Assembly: GCA_964016885.1 (NCBI GenBank)
Contig: OZ024766.1
Coordinates: forward strand, 19,096,001-19,160,000
Origin: Eledone cirrhosa
Lineage: Eukaryota
DNA: 64,000 nucleotides
Direction: 5' to 3'
The position numbers and the translations under genes were made by a program. The notes below the pieces were generated by a model. That model did no database searches and was not told the origin of the DNA. It saw only the letters and a program-made list of their open reading frames with translations. Below, in pieces: positions 1 through 14,510 of this stretch (positions are counted from its first letter, which is position 1; each line of letters begins with the position of its first letter).

Positions 1-1135
1 ATGGACTGGTGTCATGTCCAGGGGGGAGTCTTGTACTCTCAGTCACTTCATATATACTTTACATAACCCTGTGATGGACTGGTGTCCTGTCCAGGGGGAG
101 TCTTGTACTCTCAGTCACTTCCTATATACTTTACATAACCCTGTGATGGACTGGTGTCCTGTCCAGAGGGAGTCTTGTACTCTCAGTCACTTCCTATATA
201 CTTTACATAACCCTGTGATGGACTGGTGTCCTGTCCAGGGGGAGTCTTGTACTCTCAGTCACTTCCTATATACTTTACATAACCCTGTGATGGACTGGTG
301 TCCTGTCCAGGGGGAAGTCTTGTATTCTCAGTCACTTCATATATACTTTACATAACCCTGTGATGGCCTGGTGTCCTGTCCAGGGGGAGTCTTGTACTCT
401 CAGTCACTTCATATATACTTTATACAACCCTGTGATGGACTGGAGACCTGTCCAGGTGGAGTCTTGTATTCTCAGTCACTTCATATATACTTTACATAAC
501 CCTGTGATGGCCTGGTGTCCTGTCCAGGGGGGAGTCTTGTATTCTCAGTCACTTCATATATACTTTACATAACCCTGTGATGGCCTGGTGTCCTGTCCAG
601 GGGGAGTCTTGTACTCTCAGTCACTTCATATATACTTTACATAACCCTGTGATGGACTGGAGACCTGTCCAGGGGGAGTCTTGTATTCTCAGTCACTTCA
701 TATATACTTTACATAACTCTGTGATGGACTGGTGTCCTGTCCAGGGGGAGTCTTGTACTCTCAGTCACTTCATATATACTTTACATAACCCTGTGATGGA
801 CTGGTGTCCTGTCCAGGGGGAGTCTTGTACTCTCAGTCACTTCATATATACTTTACATAACCCTGTGATGGACTGGTGTCCTGTCCAGGGGGAAGTCTTG
901 TATTCTCAGTCACTTCATATATACTTTACATAACCCTGTGATGGCCTGGTGTCCTGTCCAGGGGGAAGTCTTGTATTCTCAGTCACTTCATATATACTTT
1001 ACATAACCCTGTGATGGACTGGAGACCTGTCCAGGGGGAGTCTTGTATTCTCAGTCACTTCATATATACTTTACATAACCCTGTGATGGCCTGGTGTCCT
1101 GTCCAGGGGGAGTCTTGTACTCTCAGTCACTTAAT
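1..1135 (+). repeat. 72-bp tandem repeat (~15 copies) resembling the Meta-SINE central domain
   Basis: Unit aaccctgtgatggactggtgtcctgtccagggggagtcttgtactctcagtcacttc...; a related single copy (taaccctgcgatggactgg) lies inside a SINE near 32975-33000 on the minus strand. Confidence 0.85.
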
Positions 1136-1283
1136 ATATACACAATAATTCTGCAGTAAATGTTTGTATTTCTACAGTAATTCCGCAGTGGAATTTGCAG
1201 GCAATTTAAAGATAAAAAAGAATGACACCAAAACACTTTTGTTCATTTATTTCAAAAAATATCTAAAAATATGTCATTTATAG

Positions 1284-1895
1284 AATCATCATCATCACCG
1301 TTTTACGTCCGTTCTTCCACGCTAGCATGGGTTAGACGGGTTGTCCTGTTGTGGGCAGTGTCTGGTCGGCTGACCATGCCTTGCTCATACAAGAACTGAT
1401 TTGGCTTGATTTCTACAGCTGGATGCCCTTCCTAACACCAACCTCATTTACAGTGAGTGCTGGGTGCTTTTTCGTGGCGCCTACACGTCCACTTTACAGT
1501 GTGGGCTGGGTGCTTTTTTGCCGTGGCACCTCCACGACCACTCTACAGTGAGTGCTGGGTGTTTTTTGCCGTGGCACCTCCACGACCACTTTACAGTGAG
1601 TGCTGGGTGCTTTTTGCCGTGGCACCTCCACGACCACTTTACAGTGTGGGCTGGGTGCTTTTTTGCCGTGGCACCTCCACGACCACTTTACAGTGGGAGG
1701 GTGTGGGGGGCATATTGTCTATATGTTTCAGCTTGTACCCATGGGAGGTCGGGTACTCTGTATTATTGCGTGACGCGGTCGTGTGTCATCGCCTTTGAGA
1801 GGTGTAATTGGGTAAGGTCGGCTTTTATCACTTCATCCCAGGTCACCCCAATCTGCGGTTTGCATTAACTTTTAGTGCTCTGCACCTTTTTATGC
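1284..1895 (-). mobile_element. RTE-clade LINE 3' fragment with ~5 copies of the 50-bp VNTR and (GAT)n tail
   Basis: Antisense to RT C-terminal sequence (WDEVIKADL); similar to 15659-16187. Confidence 0.75.
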
Positions 1896-2053
1896 ATAAT
1901 ATAAAATATTGTATAAAAATTAATATAAAATTTTTTTTTAAATGGTAGAAAAAGATGAGAAAAAAATAGTATTTTAAAGATTATGGTATACCTTTCTGGG
2001 ATAATTTCACAGAAAATATCTTTATATGGTTTTGTTAATTCAAATGTTTACAT

Positions 2054-2789
2054 CAGATTGTTGTGAATATTTACAGTATTACAGTAAAGACTTTGATATT
2101 TAATGTGATGTAGTCATAGTGTTGTTTTGTACTAAATGTTTATAGTATCTTTACTGGTAGACAGATTGTTGTGAATATTTACAGTATTACAGTAAAGACT
2201 TTGATATTTAATGTGATGTAGTCATAGTGTTGTTTTGTACTAAATGTTTATAGTATCTTTACTGGTGGACAGATTGTTGTGAATATTTACAGTATTACAG
2301 TAAAGACTTTAATATTTAATGTGATGTAGTCATAGTGTTGTTTTGTACTAAATGTTTATAGTATCTTTACTGGTGGACAGATTGTTGTGAATATTTACAG
2401 TATTACAGTAAAGACTTTAATATTTAATGTGATGTAGTCATAGTGTTGTTTTGTACTAAATGTTTATAGTATCTTTACTGGTGGACAGATTGTTGTGAAT
2501 ATTTACAGTATTACAGTAAAGACTTTAATATTTAATGTGATGTAGTCATAGTGTTGTTTTGTACTAAATGTTTATAGTATCTTTACTGGTAGACAGATTG
2601 TTGTGAATATTTACAGTATTACAGTAAAGTCTATAATATTTAATGTGATGTAGTCATAGTGTTGTTTTGTACTAAATGTTTATAGTATCTTTACTGGTGG
2701 ACAGATTGTTGTGTATATTTACAGTATTACAGTAAAGACTTTAGTATTTAATGTGATGTAGTCATAGTGTTGTTTTCTACTAAATGTTT
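2054..2789. repeat. 108-bp tandem repeat (~7 copies)
   Basis: cagattgttgtgaatatttacag... recurs every 108 bp. Confidence 0.9.
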
Positions 2790-4350
2790 AGTTGTAGTAC
2801 TAGAGGTGGTGTTGATGGTATAGGTTGTAGTACTAGAGGTATTCATGGTATAGGTTGTAGTACTCGAGGTGGTGTTATTCATGGTATAGGTTGTAGTACT
2901 AGAGGTGGTGTTATTCATGGTATAGGTTGAAGTATAGAGGTGGTGTTATTCATGGTATAGGTTGTAGTATAGAGGTGGTGTTATTCATGGTATAGGTTGT
3001 AGTATAGAGGTGGTGTTATTCATGGTATAGGTTGTAGTATAGAGGTGGTGTTATTCATGGTATAGGTTGTAGTATAGAGGTGGTGTTATTCATGGTATAG
3101 GTTGTAGTACTCGAGGTGGTGTTATTCATGGTATAGGTTGAAGTATAGAGGTGGTGTTATTCATGGTATAGGTTGTAGTATAGAGGTGGTGTTATTCATG
3201 GTATAGGTTGTAGTACTCGAGGTGGTGTTATTCATGGTATAGGTTGTAGTATAGAGGTGGTGTTATTCATGGTATAGGTTGTAGTACTAGAGGTGGTGTT
3301 ATTCATGGTATAGGTTGTAGTATAGAGGTGGTGTTATTCATGGTATAGGTTGTAGTACTCGAGGTGGTGTTATTCATGGTATAGGTTGTAGTACTAGGTG
3401 GTGTTATTCATGGTATAGGTTGAAGTATAGAGGTGGTGTTATTCATGGTATAGGTTGTAGTACTAGGTGGTGTTATTCATGGTATAGGTTGTAGTATAGA
3501 GGTGGTGTTATTCATGGTATAGGTTGAAGTACTAGAGGTGGTGTTATTCATGGTATAGGTTGTAGTATAGAGGTGGTGTTATTCATGGTATAGGTTGTAG
3601 TACTCGAGGTGGTGTTATTCATGGTATAGGTTGTAGTATAGAGGTGGTGTTATTCATGGTATAGGTTGTAGTACTCGAGGTGGTGTTATTCATGGTATAG
3701 GTTGTAGTACTCGAGGTGGTGTTATTCATGGTATAGGTTGTAGTATAGAGGTGGTGTTATTCATGGTATAGGTTGTAGTACTCGAGGTGGTGTTATTCAT
3801 GGTATAGGTTGTAGTACTAGGTGGTGTTATTCATGGTATAGGTTGTAGTACTCGAGGTGGTGTTATTCATGGTATAGGTTGTAGTACTAGGTGGTGTTAT
3901 TCATGGTATAGGTTGTAGTATAGAGGTGGTGTTATTCATGGTATAGGTTGTAGTACTAGGTGGTGTTATTCATGGTATAGGTTGTAGTATAGAGGTGGTG
4001 TTATTCATGGTATAGGTTGTAGTACTCGAGGTGGTGTTATTCATGGTATAGGTTGTAGTACTAGAGGTGGTGTTATTCATGGTATAGGTTGAAGTACTCG
4101 AGGTGGTGTTATTCATGGTATAGGTTGTAGTATAGAGGTGGTGTTATTCATGGTATAGGTTGTAGTACTCGAGGTGGTGTTATTCATGGTATAGGTTGTA
4201 GTACTCGAGGTGGTGTTATTCATGGTATAGGTTGTAGTATAGAGGTGGTGTTATTCATGGTATAGGTTGTAGTACTAGGTGGTGTTATTCATGGTATAGG
4301 TTGTAGTACTCGAGGTGGTGTTATTCATGGTATAGGTTGTAGTACTAGGT
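2790..4350. repeat. 34-36-bp minisatellite
   Basis: gaggtggtgttattcatggtataggttgtagta(ctc/ta) repeated ~45 times. Confidence 0.95.
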
Positions 4351-4357
4351 GGGGGGG

Positions 4358-6030
4358 TCACGCCAGGCTGACCTTTTCCTTAATATACCGGTTCCTTGTC
4401 GGGGCCTCGTGAATCACAGGAGCTGCTGTGTAGAAGGAGATCTCTTCAGGCTGGGGCAGGAAGCCGATACCTCCCCCGCCCCTTGAGGGGGACAGGAACG
4501 AAGGTTCGGAGGGGTCGGCGTTCATGTGAGCGAGGAGGGGAAACGGGTTGTCCGGCAGCTGGTCGTAAGTGCTGCGCGTGGTGATCCTGTTGACAGTCTT
4601 CCGGGTGACGGTCGGGTTGTCGCGCGGGGCGGGGTCTGTCGGGTCGGGCACCGCCTCGGCCCACATCACCTGCGACGTCTGGCAGCCGGTGGTCGGGTCG
4701 AACCCCGACCGCACCACCGTCGAACTCTGGCTGGCCGGCTCGACCGCGGAGAGGTCGCCCGCGGCGGCGCCGCCGTGCGGGTCCGGGATGGACATGGGGA
4801 AACGCCGGACCGGCGGCGACGCCGGCGCGCCGCCCGCCCCCGCGGGGGAAGGCGCGCCCCTGCGCGACCTCGGCTTCGGCCTCGCCGCGGCGAGCCCCCC
4901 CGCGTGCCGCCGGTCGCCCCTGGGGGAGGAAGACGCAGCGGGGTGCGAGTAAGGGTCGTCGGCAGGCGTCGACGTGTACTCGGGTGGAAGCCTGCTGCCA
5001 CCCGCGTCGTCGCGCACCGATCGAAACGCACTGGGCGGGGTGGCGTCGGAGTGGCGCGGCGGCTGCGAGGTCTGCATAAAGAAGGCGGTGGTGTTGATGG
5101 GGCCAGATTTGGTGGGGGTCGACTCCACATACCAGGCCGCCTTGTCACTAACGGAGTCCTGCCGGTGGGGGTCAGAACGAGAGTGGTACCCGTACGCAAA
5201 CGTCTTGTTCGGGTCGTTTGAGTTGACCGTGCGCGACATTATTGCATTGAACGCCAGGGGAAATGCGCCATCGTCGCCGTGGTTGTGCTGCGACGGCGTA
5301 TTCTGCACAAGGTCCGGGATGCCATAGTGAGGGTGGGCCGGGTGCTGCTGGCGCCGGCGCTCGTCCGGCTCGGAATTAGGGCCCCGGTGCATCCCCCCTT
5401 CCTCGTCGTCGTCGTCCCGCTCGTCGTCATCGTTGCTGCTATTTTGGGCCACCGCTGGAGCTAGGTTTCTCTGTCCCCTTCTGGGCTTAGTGCCCCGTTG
5501 GCCCTTCACCGATGAGGCCATCTGTGCAGGGTCTTGCACTGATTTCTTTATATAAGTGTTATTAACTAAGGGGTTGTTTATATGTCGAGGTTCCTCGTCT
5601 TCCGTCTCAAAATCGAAGGAGTTACCGACACTGTTGGAGTTTGAGTGACCACTCAAGTGGGGGTCATTTCCAGCAGCAAGTCTGTGGATGTTCTTAACTT
5701 CAAGGTCATCCTCGTCGTATCCACCCTCATCTTGATACCTACCACCACCACCAGAGACGCCACCGCGGGGCCCCCTCTCGTTCCCACCCTTTCTGCTTTC
5801 GTTTCCAGGCGGCGCTGCACTCTGGGAGTTCTGCTTTTCGTGTCGTCGCTGTATCTCGTCCTTCAGCGCCCCCTCCGTCACGCTGCATCGCTGGCCCCCA
5901 ACGGCGTCCCCGGTGCTGCCACCTGTGGCTGGGTTTTTGCCGTTGCTCGACCGCTGCTTGGAGTTTCGCTCCGACTCTAGGGAGGCCTCTTGTTGTTGTT
6001 GTTGCTGCTGCGTTGCCATGGTGTTGTCTT
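4358..6030 (-). CDS. Gene 1 coding exon 5: long low-complexity cytoplasmic region; ends at TGA 4358 or splices at donor 4373
   Basis: Acceptor tttaacag| in phase 1 matching exon 4, ~555 open codons, GC-rich. AAG|GTCAGC at 4373 is a plausible donor, so the C-terminus is uncertain. Confidence 0.8.
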
Positions 6031-6094
6031 CTGTTAAACGATACAAAAATATTTTATTTTAAATGAAAAAAGAGAGAAAAAGATTTAAAAATGT

Positions 6095-6803
6095 AACAAC
6101 AACAACAACACACAACAGTAACAACAACAACAACAACAACAGTAACGACGACAACAACAACAACAGCAGCAGCAGCAGCAACAACAACAACAACAACAGT
6201 AACAACAACACCAACACCAACACCAACACCAACAACAGCCACAACAACAACAACAGCAACAACAGTAACAACAACAGTAACAACAACAGCAACAACAACA
6301 GCACCAGCAACAACAACAACAGCAACAACAGCAACAACAGCAACAACAACAACAGTAACAACAACAGCAACAGCAACAACAGTAACAACAGCAACAACAA
6401 CAACAACAGCAACAACAACAACAACAACAACAGTAACAACAACAGCAACAACAACAGCAACAGCAGCAACAACAGCAACAACAACAACAGCAACAACAAC
6501 AGTAACAGCAACAACAACACCACCAACAACAACAGTAACAACAACAGCAACAACAACAGTAACAACAACAACAACAACAACAACAGTAACAACAACAACA
6601 GCAACAACAACAACAGCAGCAACAGCAACAACAACAACAACAACAACAACAGCAACAGCAGCAGCAGCAGCACCAGCAACAACAACAACAGTAACAACAA
6701 CAACAACAACAACAACAACAGCAGCAACAACAACACCAACAACAACAACAGTAACAACAACAACAACAACAACAACACCACCAGCAGCAGCAACAACAAC
6801 AGT

Positions 6804-6837
<34 letters not shown>

Positions 6838-6905
6838 CCAACACCAGCAACAACAACACCAACAACAACAACAACAGCAGCAACAACAACACCAACAACA
6901 ACAGT

Positions 6906-6954
<49 letters not shown>

Positions 6955-7016
6955 GCAGCAACAACAACACCAACAACAACAACAACAGCAGCAACAACAA
7001 CACCAACAACAACAGT

Positions 7017-7053
<37 letters not shown>

Positions 7054-7463
7054 CCACCAGCAACAACAACAGTAACAACAACAACAACAACAACACCAAC
7101 ACCAACAGCAACAACAACACCAACAACAACAACAACAACAGCAGCAACAACAACACCAACAACAACAACAACAACAACAGCAACAACAACAACAACAGCA
7201 ACAACAACAACAACACCACCAGCAACAACAACAACAACAGCAGCAGCAACAACACCACCACCAACAACAACAACAACAACACCAACACCACCAGCAGCAA
7301 CAACAACAACAGCAACAGCAACAGCAACAGCAGCAGCAGCAGCAGCAGCAACAGCAACAGCAACAACACCACCACCAGCAACAACAACAACAACAGCAAC
7401 AACAACAGCAGCACCAGCAACAACAACAACAGCAACAACAACAACAACACCAACACCACCAGC

Positions 7464-7494
<31 letters not shown>

Positions 7495-8022
7495 GCAGCA
7501 ACAACAACACCAACAACAACAACAACAACAACAGCAACACCAACAACAACAACAACACCAACACCACCAACAACAACAACAGCAACAACAACACCAACAA
7601 CAACAACAACACCACCACCAACAACAACACCAACACCAGCAACAACACCAGCAACAACAACAACACCAACACCAGCAACAACACCAGCAACAACAACACC
7701 AACAACACCAACACCAGCAACAACACCACCACCACCAACAACACCAACACCAGCAACAACACCACCACCAACAACAACACCAACACCAGCAACAACACCA
7801 GCAACAACAACAACACCAACACCAGCAACAACACCAGCAACAACAACACCAACAACACCAACACCAGCAACAACACCACCACCACCAACAACACCAACAC
7901 CAGCAACAACACCACCACCACCAACAACACCAACACCAGCAACAACACCACCACCAACAACAACACCAACACCAGCAACAACACCAGCAACAACAACACC
8001 AACAACAACAACAACAACAACA
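6095..8022. repeat. Cryptic (AAC/AGC/ACC)n trinucleotide tract filling the gene 1 intron between coding exons 4 and 5
   Basis: 1.9 kb of AAC with AGC/ACC/AGT variants between a donor and an acceptor. Confidence 0.95.
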
Positions 8023-8035
8023 AGAGTCTACTCAC

Positions 8036-8550
8036 GTGTTTCCAAAGAAGTCCCGGGGTTGTACCGATAAGATGGCGTCCTCTGCCTTCCTTGCTGGTCC
8101 CTGTCCGAGCCGCGCGGGGACCTGGTTGTGTCCTTCTGGGAGGGACGCTGCTTCTGGTCCCTGTCCGAGCCCCGGGGCGAGCGCTGGGCGCCGCCGGGCC
8201 TCTTCTGCGAGTGTCGAGCCTTGCTTTCGGGGTCGTCGACAAAAAGGTCCGGCAGGGCCTGGATCTCGTTGTACGACGCCACGCTCCGCCTGCTCAGCCT
8301 GTCGCCGGCGCCCGGCCCGGCCGACGAGCCCCTCTTTCCAGACCCAGAACCCGTGCGCGACCCATGGGGGCTTTGCTGCTGCTGGGAACCTCCCCCGCCC
8401 ACGAAGCTGCGCTCAAACTGGCCCTCACCCTTCCCCCGGTCATCAAAGGTGACCGTGTTCGCTCGACCAGATCGCCTCTGGTTAATGGGATCTAAATATT
8501 CAGCATCGGGGCCCTGCATATATTCACCCCGAATACCCACTTGCTTGTTG

Positions 8551-8593
<43 letters not shown>

Positions 8594-9115
8594 TACCTGC
8601 CCCTCTCATATTCGGGTCATAAGGGGTTGCCATGGGCGGCCTCTCCGCTATACTCATACTGCTGCCCCTACTCAAGCTCCTACTGAGATTCGTGGTGCCG
8701 TTGGTCGCCGCGGCGCCGCCCCTGCCGCGGTTCGTGGACAGCATCGAGCTCCAGACGGCGTTGTTGTAGGCGCGGTTCACGTGCCCCCCACTGCCGCCAT
8801 TGCCGCCCGCAGACGTTTTCTCTCCCGCTCGGGGCTCGCCGAAACGTGACGCCGCCGATCTGCTCCCTCCAACCGTTTCTACCGAGCCGTTAACCCCACC
8901 AACTGCTGACACCTTACTCAGGTTCTCTTTCGACACCGAGCTCCCTCGTGCTCCGCGACCCCACCTCTTTTTGCCGGTCAAAATACCACTGTTGTACATA
9001 TAGCATAGCACCATAGCAAATGCAATCAGCAAGAGGGCAGCTATTATTATCCCTATGATGGCTCCAGGGGCCAGCCGAGACCCTCCTAAAATAGCTTCGG
9101 GTTCGTCAGGGTCTC
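8036..9115 (-). CDS. Gene 1 coding exon 4: transmembrane helix and start of cytoplasmic tail
   Basis: Acceptor ttctttcttccag|, donor C|GTGAGT, 1080 bp open. GAIIGIIIAALLLIAFAMVLCYMY TM segment followed by basic KKR; GC-rich coding bias. Confidence 0.85.
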
Positions 9116-9166
9116 CTGGAAGAAAGAAAGGAAAAAAAAAAAAAATGTGTTTTAACAGTCTTGTTA

Positions 9167-11095
9167 CCAAACCCTCCTCCCCTGGTTCTATGGAATAAAG
9201 TCACCCAATTTAAATGAAATCCCTTAAAATTCTTCATTAACCCTTTTGAAACAAACCCAGCCAAAACCTCCCCTGGTTCTATGAAATAAAGTCACCCAAT
9301 TTAAAAGGTTTCTATTTAAATGAAATCCCTTAAAATTCTTCATTAACCCTTTTGAAACAAACCCAGCCCAAACCTCCCCTGGTTCTATGAAATAAAGTCA
9401 CCCAATTTAAATGAAATCCCTTAAAATTCTTCATTAACCCTTTTGAAACAAACCCAGCCAAAACCTCCCCTGGTTCTATGAAATAAAGTCACCCAATTTA
9501 AAGGGTTTCTATTTAAATGAAATCCCTCAAAATTCTTCATTAACCCTTTTGAAACAAACCCAGCCAAAACCTCCCCTGGTTCTATGAAATAAAGTCACCC
9601 AATTTAAAGGGTTTCTATTTAAATGAAATCCCTCAAAATTCTTCATTAACCCTTTTGAAACAAACCCAGCCAAAACCTCCCCTGGTTCTATGGAATAAAG
9701 TCACCCAATTTAAAGGGTTTCTATTTAAATGAAATCCCTCAAAATTCTTCATTAACCCTTTTGAAACAAACCCAGCCAAAACCTCCCCTGGTTCTATGAA
9801 ATAAAGTCACCCAATTTAAAAGGTTTCTATTTAAATGAAATCCCTTAAAATTCTTCATTAACCCTTTTGAAACAAACCCAGCCAAAACCTCCCCTGGTTC
9901 TATGAAATAAAGTCACCCAATTTAAAGGGTTTCTATTTAAATGAAATCCCTCAAAATTCTTCATTAACCCTTTTGAAACAAACCCAGCCAAAACCTCCCC
10001 TGGTTCTATGAAATAAAGTCACCCAATTTAAAGGGTTTCTATTTAAATGAAATCCCTCAAAATTCTTCATTAACCCTTTTGAAACAAACCCAGCCAAAAC
10101 CTCCCCTGGTTCTATGAAATAAAGTCACCCAATTTAAAGGGTTTCTATTTAAATGAAATCCCTTAAAATTCTTCATTAACCCTTTGAAACAAACCCAGCC
10201 AAAACCTCCCCTGGTTCTATGAAATAAAGTCACCCAATTTAAAGGGTTTCTATTTAAATGAAATCCCTTAAAATTCTTCATTAACCCTTTTGAAACCAAC
10301 CCAGCCAAAACCTCCCCTGGTTCTATGAAATAAAGTCACCCAATTTAAAAGGTTTCTATTTAAATGAAATCCCTTAAAATTCTTCATTAACCCTTTGAAA
10401 CAAACCCAGCCAAAACCTCCCCTGGTTCTATGAAATAAAGTCACCCAATTTAAAGGGTTTCTATTTAAATGAAATCCCTTAAAATTCTTCATTAACCCTT
10501 TTGAAACCAACCCAGCCAAAACCTCCCCTGGTTCTATGAAATAAAGTCACCCAATTTAAAGGGTTTCTATTTAAATGAAATCCCTTAAAATTCTTCATTA
10601 ACCCTTTTGAAACCAACCCAGCCAAAACCTCCCCTGGTTCTATGAAATAAAGTTACCCAATTTAAAGGGTTTCTATTTAAATGAAATCCCTTAAAATTCT
10701 TCATTAACCCTTTTTGAAACAAACCCAGCCCAAACCACCCCTGGTTCTATGAAATAAAGTCACCCATTTTAAAGGGTTTCTATTTAAATGAAATCCCTTA
10801 AAATTCTTCATTAACCCTTTTGAAACAAACCCAGCCAAAACCTCCCCTGGTTCTATGGAATAAAGTCACCCATTTTAAAGGGTTTCTATTTAAATGAAAT
10901 CCCTTAAAATTCTTCATTAACCCTTTGAAACAAACCCAGCCAAAACCTCCCCTGGTTCTATGAAATAAAGTCACCCAATTTAAAGGGTTTCTATTTAAAT
11001 GAAATCCCTTAAAATTCTTCATTAACCCTTTTGAAACAAACCCAGCCCAAACCTCCCCTGGTTCTATGGAATAAAGTCACCCAATTTAAAGGTTT
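9167..11095. repeat. ~106-bp tandem repeat containing a TTAACCCTTT piggyBac/MITE-like terminus
   Basis: ~18 copies; the array runs into unique flank aaaccttccaacataattttat that is shared with the 47.5-kb array. Confidence 0.85.
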
Positions 11096-11214
11096 CCAAA
11101 TTAAATTAAAACCTTCCAACATAATTTTATATAAGAACCTACTTTAAGTTACTTTCTTAGTAATGAAATAATGAAATATTTTATTAAATTCCTTAACATT
11201 CTTCATTAATTATC

Positions 11215-11385
11215 AGTAGAGGGTCAGATAACATGCTTTGTAGCACAGAGTTACACCCCTTTCTGATCTGAGTTCAAATCCCGCCGAGGTGAACTTTGCC
11301 TTTCATCCTTACGGGGTCGATAAAAATAATGTACCAGTAATGCACTGGGTAATTGCTGGCCTTGTGCCAAAAGTAGAAACAATTA
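11215..11385 (+). mobile_element. tRNA-derived SINE with Nin-like domain (other copies ~24135-24255, 29255-29430 minus, 30160-30255)
   Basis: B-box gagttcaaatcc followed by ttgcctttcatccttacggggtcgataaaa...gtaccag. Confidence 0.7.
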
Positions 11386-11579
11386 ATTAATTAAAAGAGA
11401 GAGTATTTCATTAGAAATGTGGCAATGAAAGGGTGAACTCAGTGACAAACCCAGCCAAAATCTCCCCTGGCTCTATGAAATAAAGTCACCCATTTTTAAA
11501 GGTTTCTCGTTTAAATTAAAATCTTCCAACATAATTTTATATAAGAACCTTACATTAATTTACTATCTTGGTAAGGAAA

Positions 11580-12316
11580 TCATCATCATTCATCATTTCA
11601 TTTTACGTCCGCTTTTCCCTGCTTGCAAGGGTGGGACGGGAGCTGATTCTGGCTTGATTTCTACAGCTGGATGCCCTTCCTAACACCAACCTCATTTACA
11701 GTGAGTGCTGGATGCTTTTTTACCGTGGCACCTCCACGACCACTTTACAGTGAGTGCTGGGTGCTTTTTTGCAGTGGCACCTCCACGACCACTTTACAGT
11801 GAGTGCTGGGTGCTTTTTTGCCGTGGCACCTCCACGACCACTTTACAGTGAGTGCTGGGTGCTTTTTTGCAGTGGCACCTCCACGACCACTTTACAGTGA
11901 GTGCTGGGTGCTTTTTTGCCGTGGCACCTCCACGACCACTTTACAGTGAGTGCTGGGTGCTTTTTTGCCGTGGCACCTCCACGACCACTTTACAGTGAGT
12001 GCTGGGTGCTTTTTTGCCGTGGCACCTCCACGACCACTTTACAGTGAGTGCTGGGTGCTTTTTTGCCGTGGCACCTCCACGACCACTTTACAGTGAGTGC
12101 TGGGTGCTTTTTTGCCCTGGCACCTCCACGACCACTTTACAGTGTAATGATATGGACCCCAGTCCCTATCATCTCATTTCTACAGCTGAGTAAACTGGAG
12201 CAATGTGAAATAAAGTGTCTTGCTCAAGGAAACAACACATCACCCGATCTGAGAATTGAACTCACAACCTTTTGATTGCAAGGCCAATGCTCTAACCACT
12301 AAGCCATGTGCCTCCA
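11580..12316 (-). mobile_element. Composite tRNA-SINE: Pol III head, core, ~9 x 50-bp VNTR, RTE-derived tail
   Basis: A-box tggcttagtggt and B-box gagttcaattc on minus strand; tail ggaagggcatccagctgtagaaa...gatgatg. Confidence 0.8.
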
Positions 12317-12704
12317 AATATTTAATAATTTTAGTAAATCACTCAAAATTCTTCATTATCATCATCGTTTAACATCCATCTTCCACGCTAGCATGGTTGG
12401 GTGACCGTGTCTTGCTCGCCTAGGACTGTCTGGCAGGTTTTCTACGGCTGGATGCCCTTCCTAACACCAACAACGTTTTCAGTGTGGACTGGGAGGTTTT
12501 TACAGTGTTACCTACACAGCCACATTACAGCGTAGTCTGGGTGTATTTTGTCGTGACACAACCTCATTTATTTTGGACTGGATGTTGTGGTACCAACATA
12601 ACTTTACAGATAGAGGGTGGTGTTGGTGGTAGTGGGGGAGGGGGGGCGTATATATTTGGTTAAGAGGTGCATACTGACTGTAGGTTTCATTTTATACATA
12701 GATT

Positions 12705-14436
12705 CAATATTATGTGAGGTAAAGCCTTTACTGTGACAATACAATAGTATATATAGAGTAATGTAAATGTTATGTGAGGTATTATGTGAGGTAAAGCCTT
12801 TACTGTGACAATACAATAGTATATATAGAGTAATGTAAATGTTATGTGAGGTATTATGTGAGGTAAAGCCTTTACTGTGACAATACAATAGTATATATAG
12901 AGTAATGTAAATGTTATGTGAGATATTATGTGAGGTAAAGCCTTTACTGTGACAATACAATAGTATATATAGAGTAGTGTAAATGTTATGTGAGATATTA
13001 TGTGAGGTAAAGCCTTTACTGTGACAATACAATAGTATATATAGAGTAATGTAAATGTTATGTGAGATATTATGTGAGGTAAAGCCTTTACTGTGACAAT
13101 ACAATAGTATATATAGAGTAATGTAAATGTTATGTGAGATATTATGTGAGGTAAAGCCTTTACTGTGACAATACAATAGTATATATAGAGTAGTGTAAAT
13201 GTTATGTGAGATATTATGTGAGGTAAAGCCTTTACTGTGACAATACAATAGTATATATAGAGTAATGTAAATGTTATGTGAGATATTATGTGAGGTAAAG
13301 CCTTTACTGTGACAATACAATAGTATATATAGAGTAATGTAAATGTTATGTGAGATATTATGTGAGGTAAAGCCTTTACTGTGACAATACAATAGTATAT
13401 ATAGAGTAATGTAGATGTTATGTGAGATATTATGTGAGGTAAAGCCTTTACTGTGACAATACAATAGTATATATAGAGTAATGTAAATGTTATGTGAGGT
13501 ATTATGTGAGGTAAAGCCTTTACTGTGACAATACAATAGTATATATAGAGTAATGTAAATGTTATGTGAGGTATTATGTGAGGTAAAGCCTATACTGTGA
13601 CAATACAATAGTATATATAGAGTAATGTAAATGTTATGTGAGATATTATGTGAGGTAAAGCCTTTACTGTGACAATACAATAGTATATATAGAGTAATGT
13701 AAATGTTATGTGAGGTATTATGTGAGGTAAAGCCTTTACTGTGACAATACAATAGTATATATAGAGTAATGTAAATGTTATGCGAGGTAAAGCCTTTACT
13801 GTGACAATACAATAGTATATATAGAGTAATGTAAATGTTATGCGAGATATTATGTGAGGTAAAGCCTTTACTGTGACAATACAATAGTATATATAGAGTA
13901 ATGTAAATGTTATGTGAGGTATTATGTGAGGTAGAGCCTTTACTGTGACAATACAATAGTATATATAGAGTAATGTAAATGTTATGTGAGATATTATGTG
14001 AGGTAAAGCCTTTACTGTGACAATACAATAGTATATATAGAGTAATGTAAATGTTATGTGAGGTATTATGTGAGGTAAAGCCTTTACTGTGACAATACAA
14101 TAGTATATATAGAGTAATGTAAATGTTATGTGAGATATTATGTGAGGTAAAGCCTTTACTGTGACAATACAATAGTATATATAGAGTAATGTAAATGTTA
14201 TGTGAGGTATTATGTGAGGTAAAGCCTTTACTGTGACAATACAATAGTATATATAGAGTAATGTAAATGTTATGCGAGATATTATGTGAGGTAAAGCCTT
14301 TACTGTGACAATACAATAGTATATATAGAGTAATGTAAATGTTATGTGAGGTATTATGTGAGGTAAAGCCTTTACTGTGACAATACAATAGTATATATAG
14401 AGTAATGTAGATGTTATGTGAGATATTATGTGAGGA
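12705..14436 (-). repeat. 72-bp satellite (reverse complement of arrays at 18672 and 54690)
   Basis: tgtgaggtaaagcctttactgtgacaatacaatagtatatatagagtaatgtaaatg, ~24 copies. Confidence 0.95.
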
Positions 14437-14510
14437 TTTAAATTAAAATCTTCCAACATGGTGGAGATGGTGATGATGAAAAGGAGGAGGAAACAGACAA
14501 AGAGACATAC

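Noticed and set aside
2790-4350. CRISPR-like 35-bp periodicity (also 51405-53215)
   Set aside because: Head-to-tail repeats without unique spacers, no cas genes, eukaryotic context
6059-8495. 810-aa poly-Asn and 727-aa poly-Leu ORFs
   Set aside because: Translations of an (AAC)n tract lying between a splice donor (8035) and acceptor (6031) of the minus-strand gene
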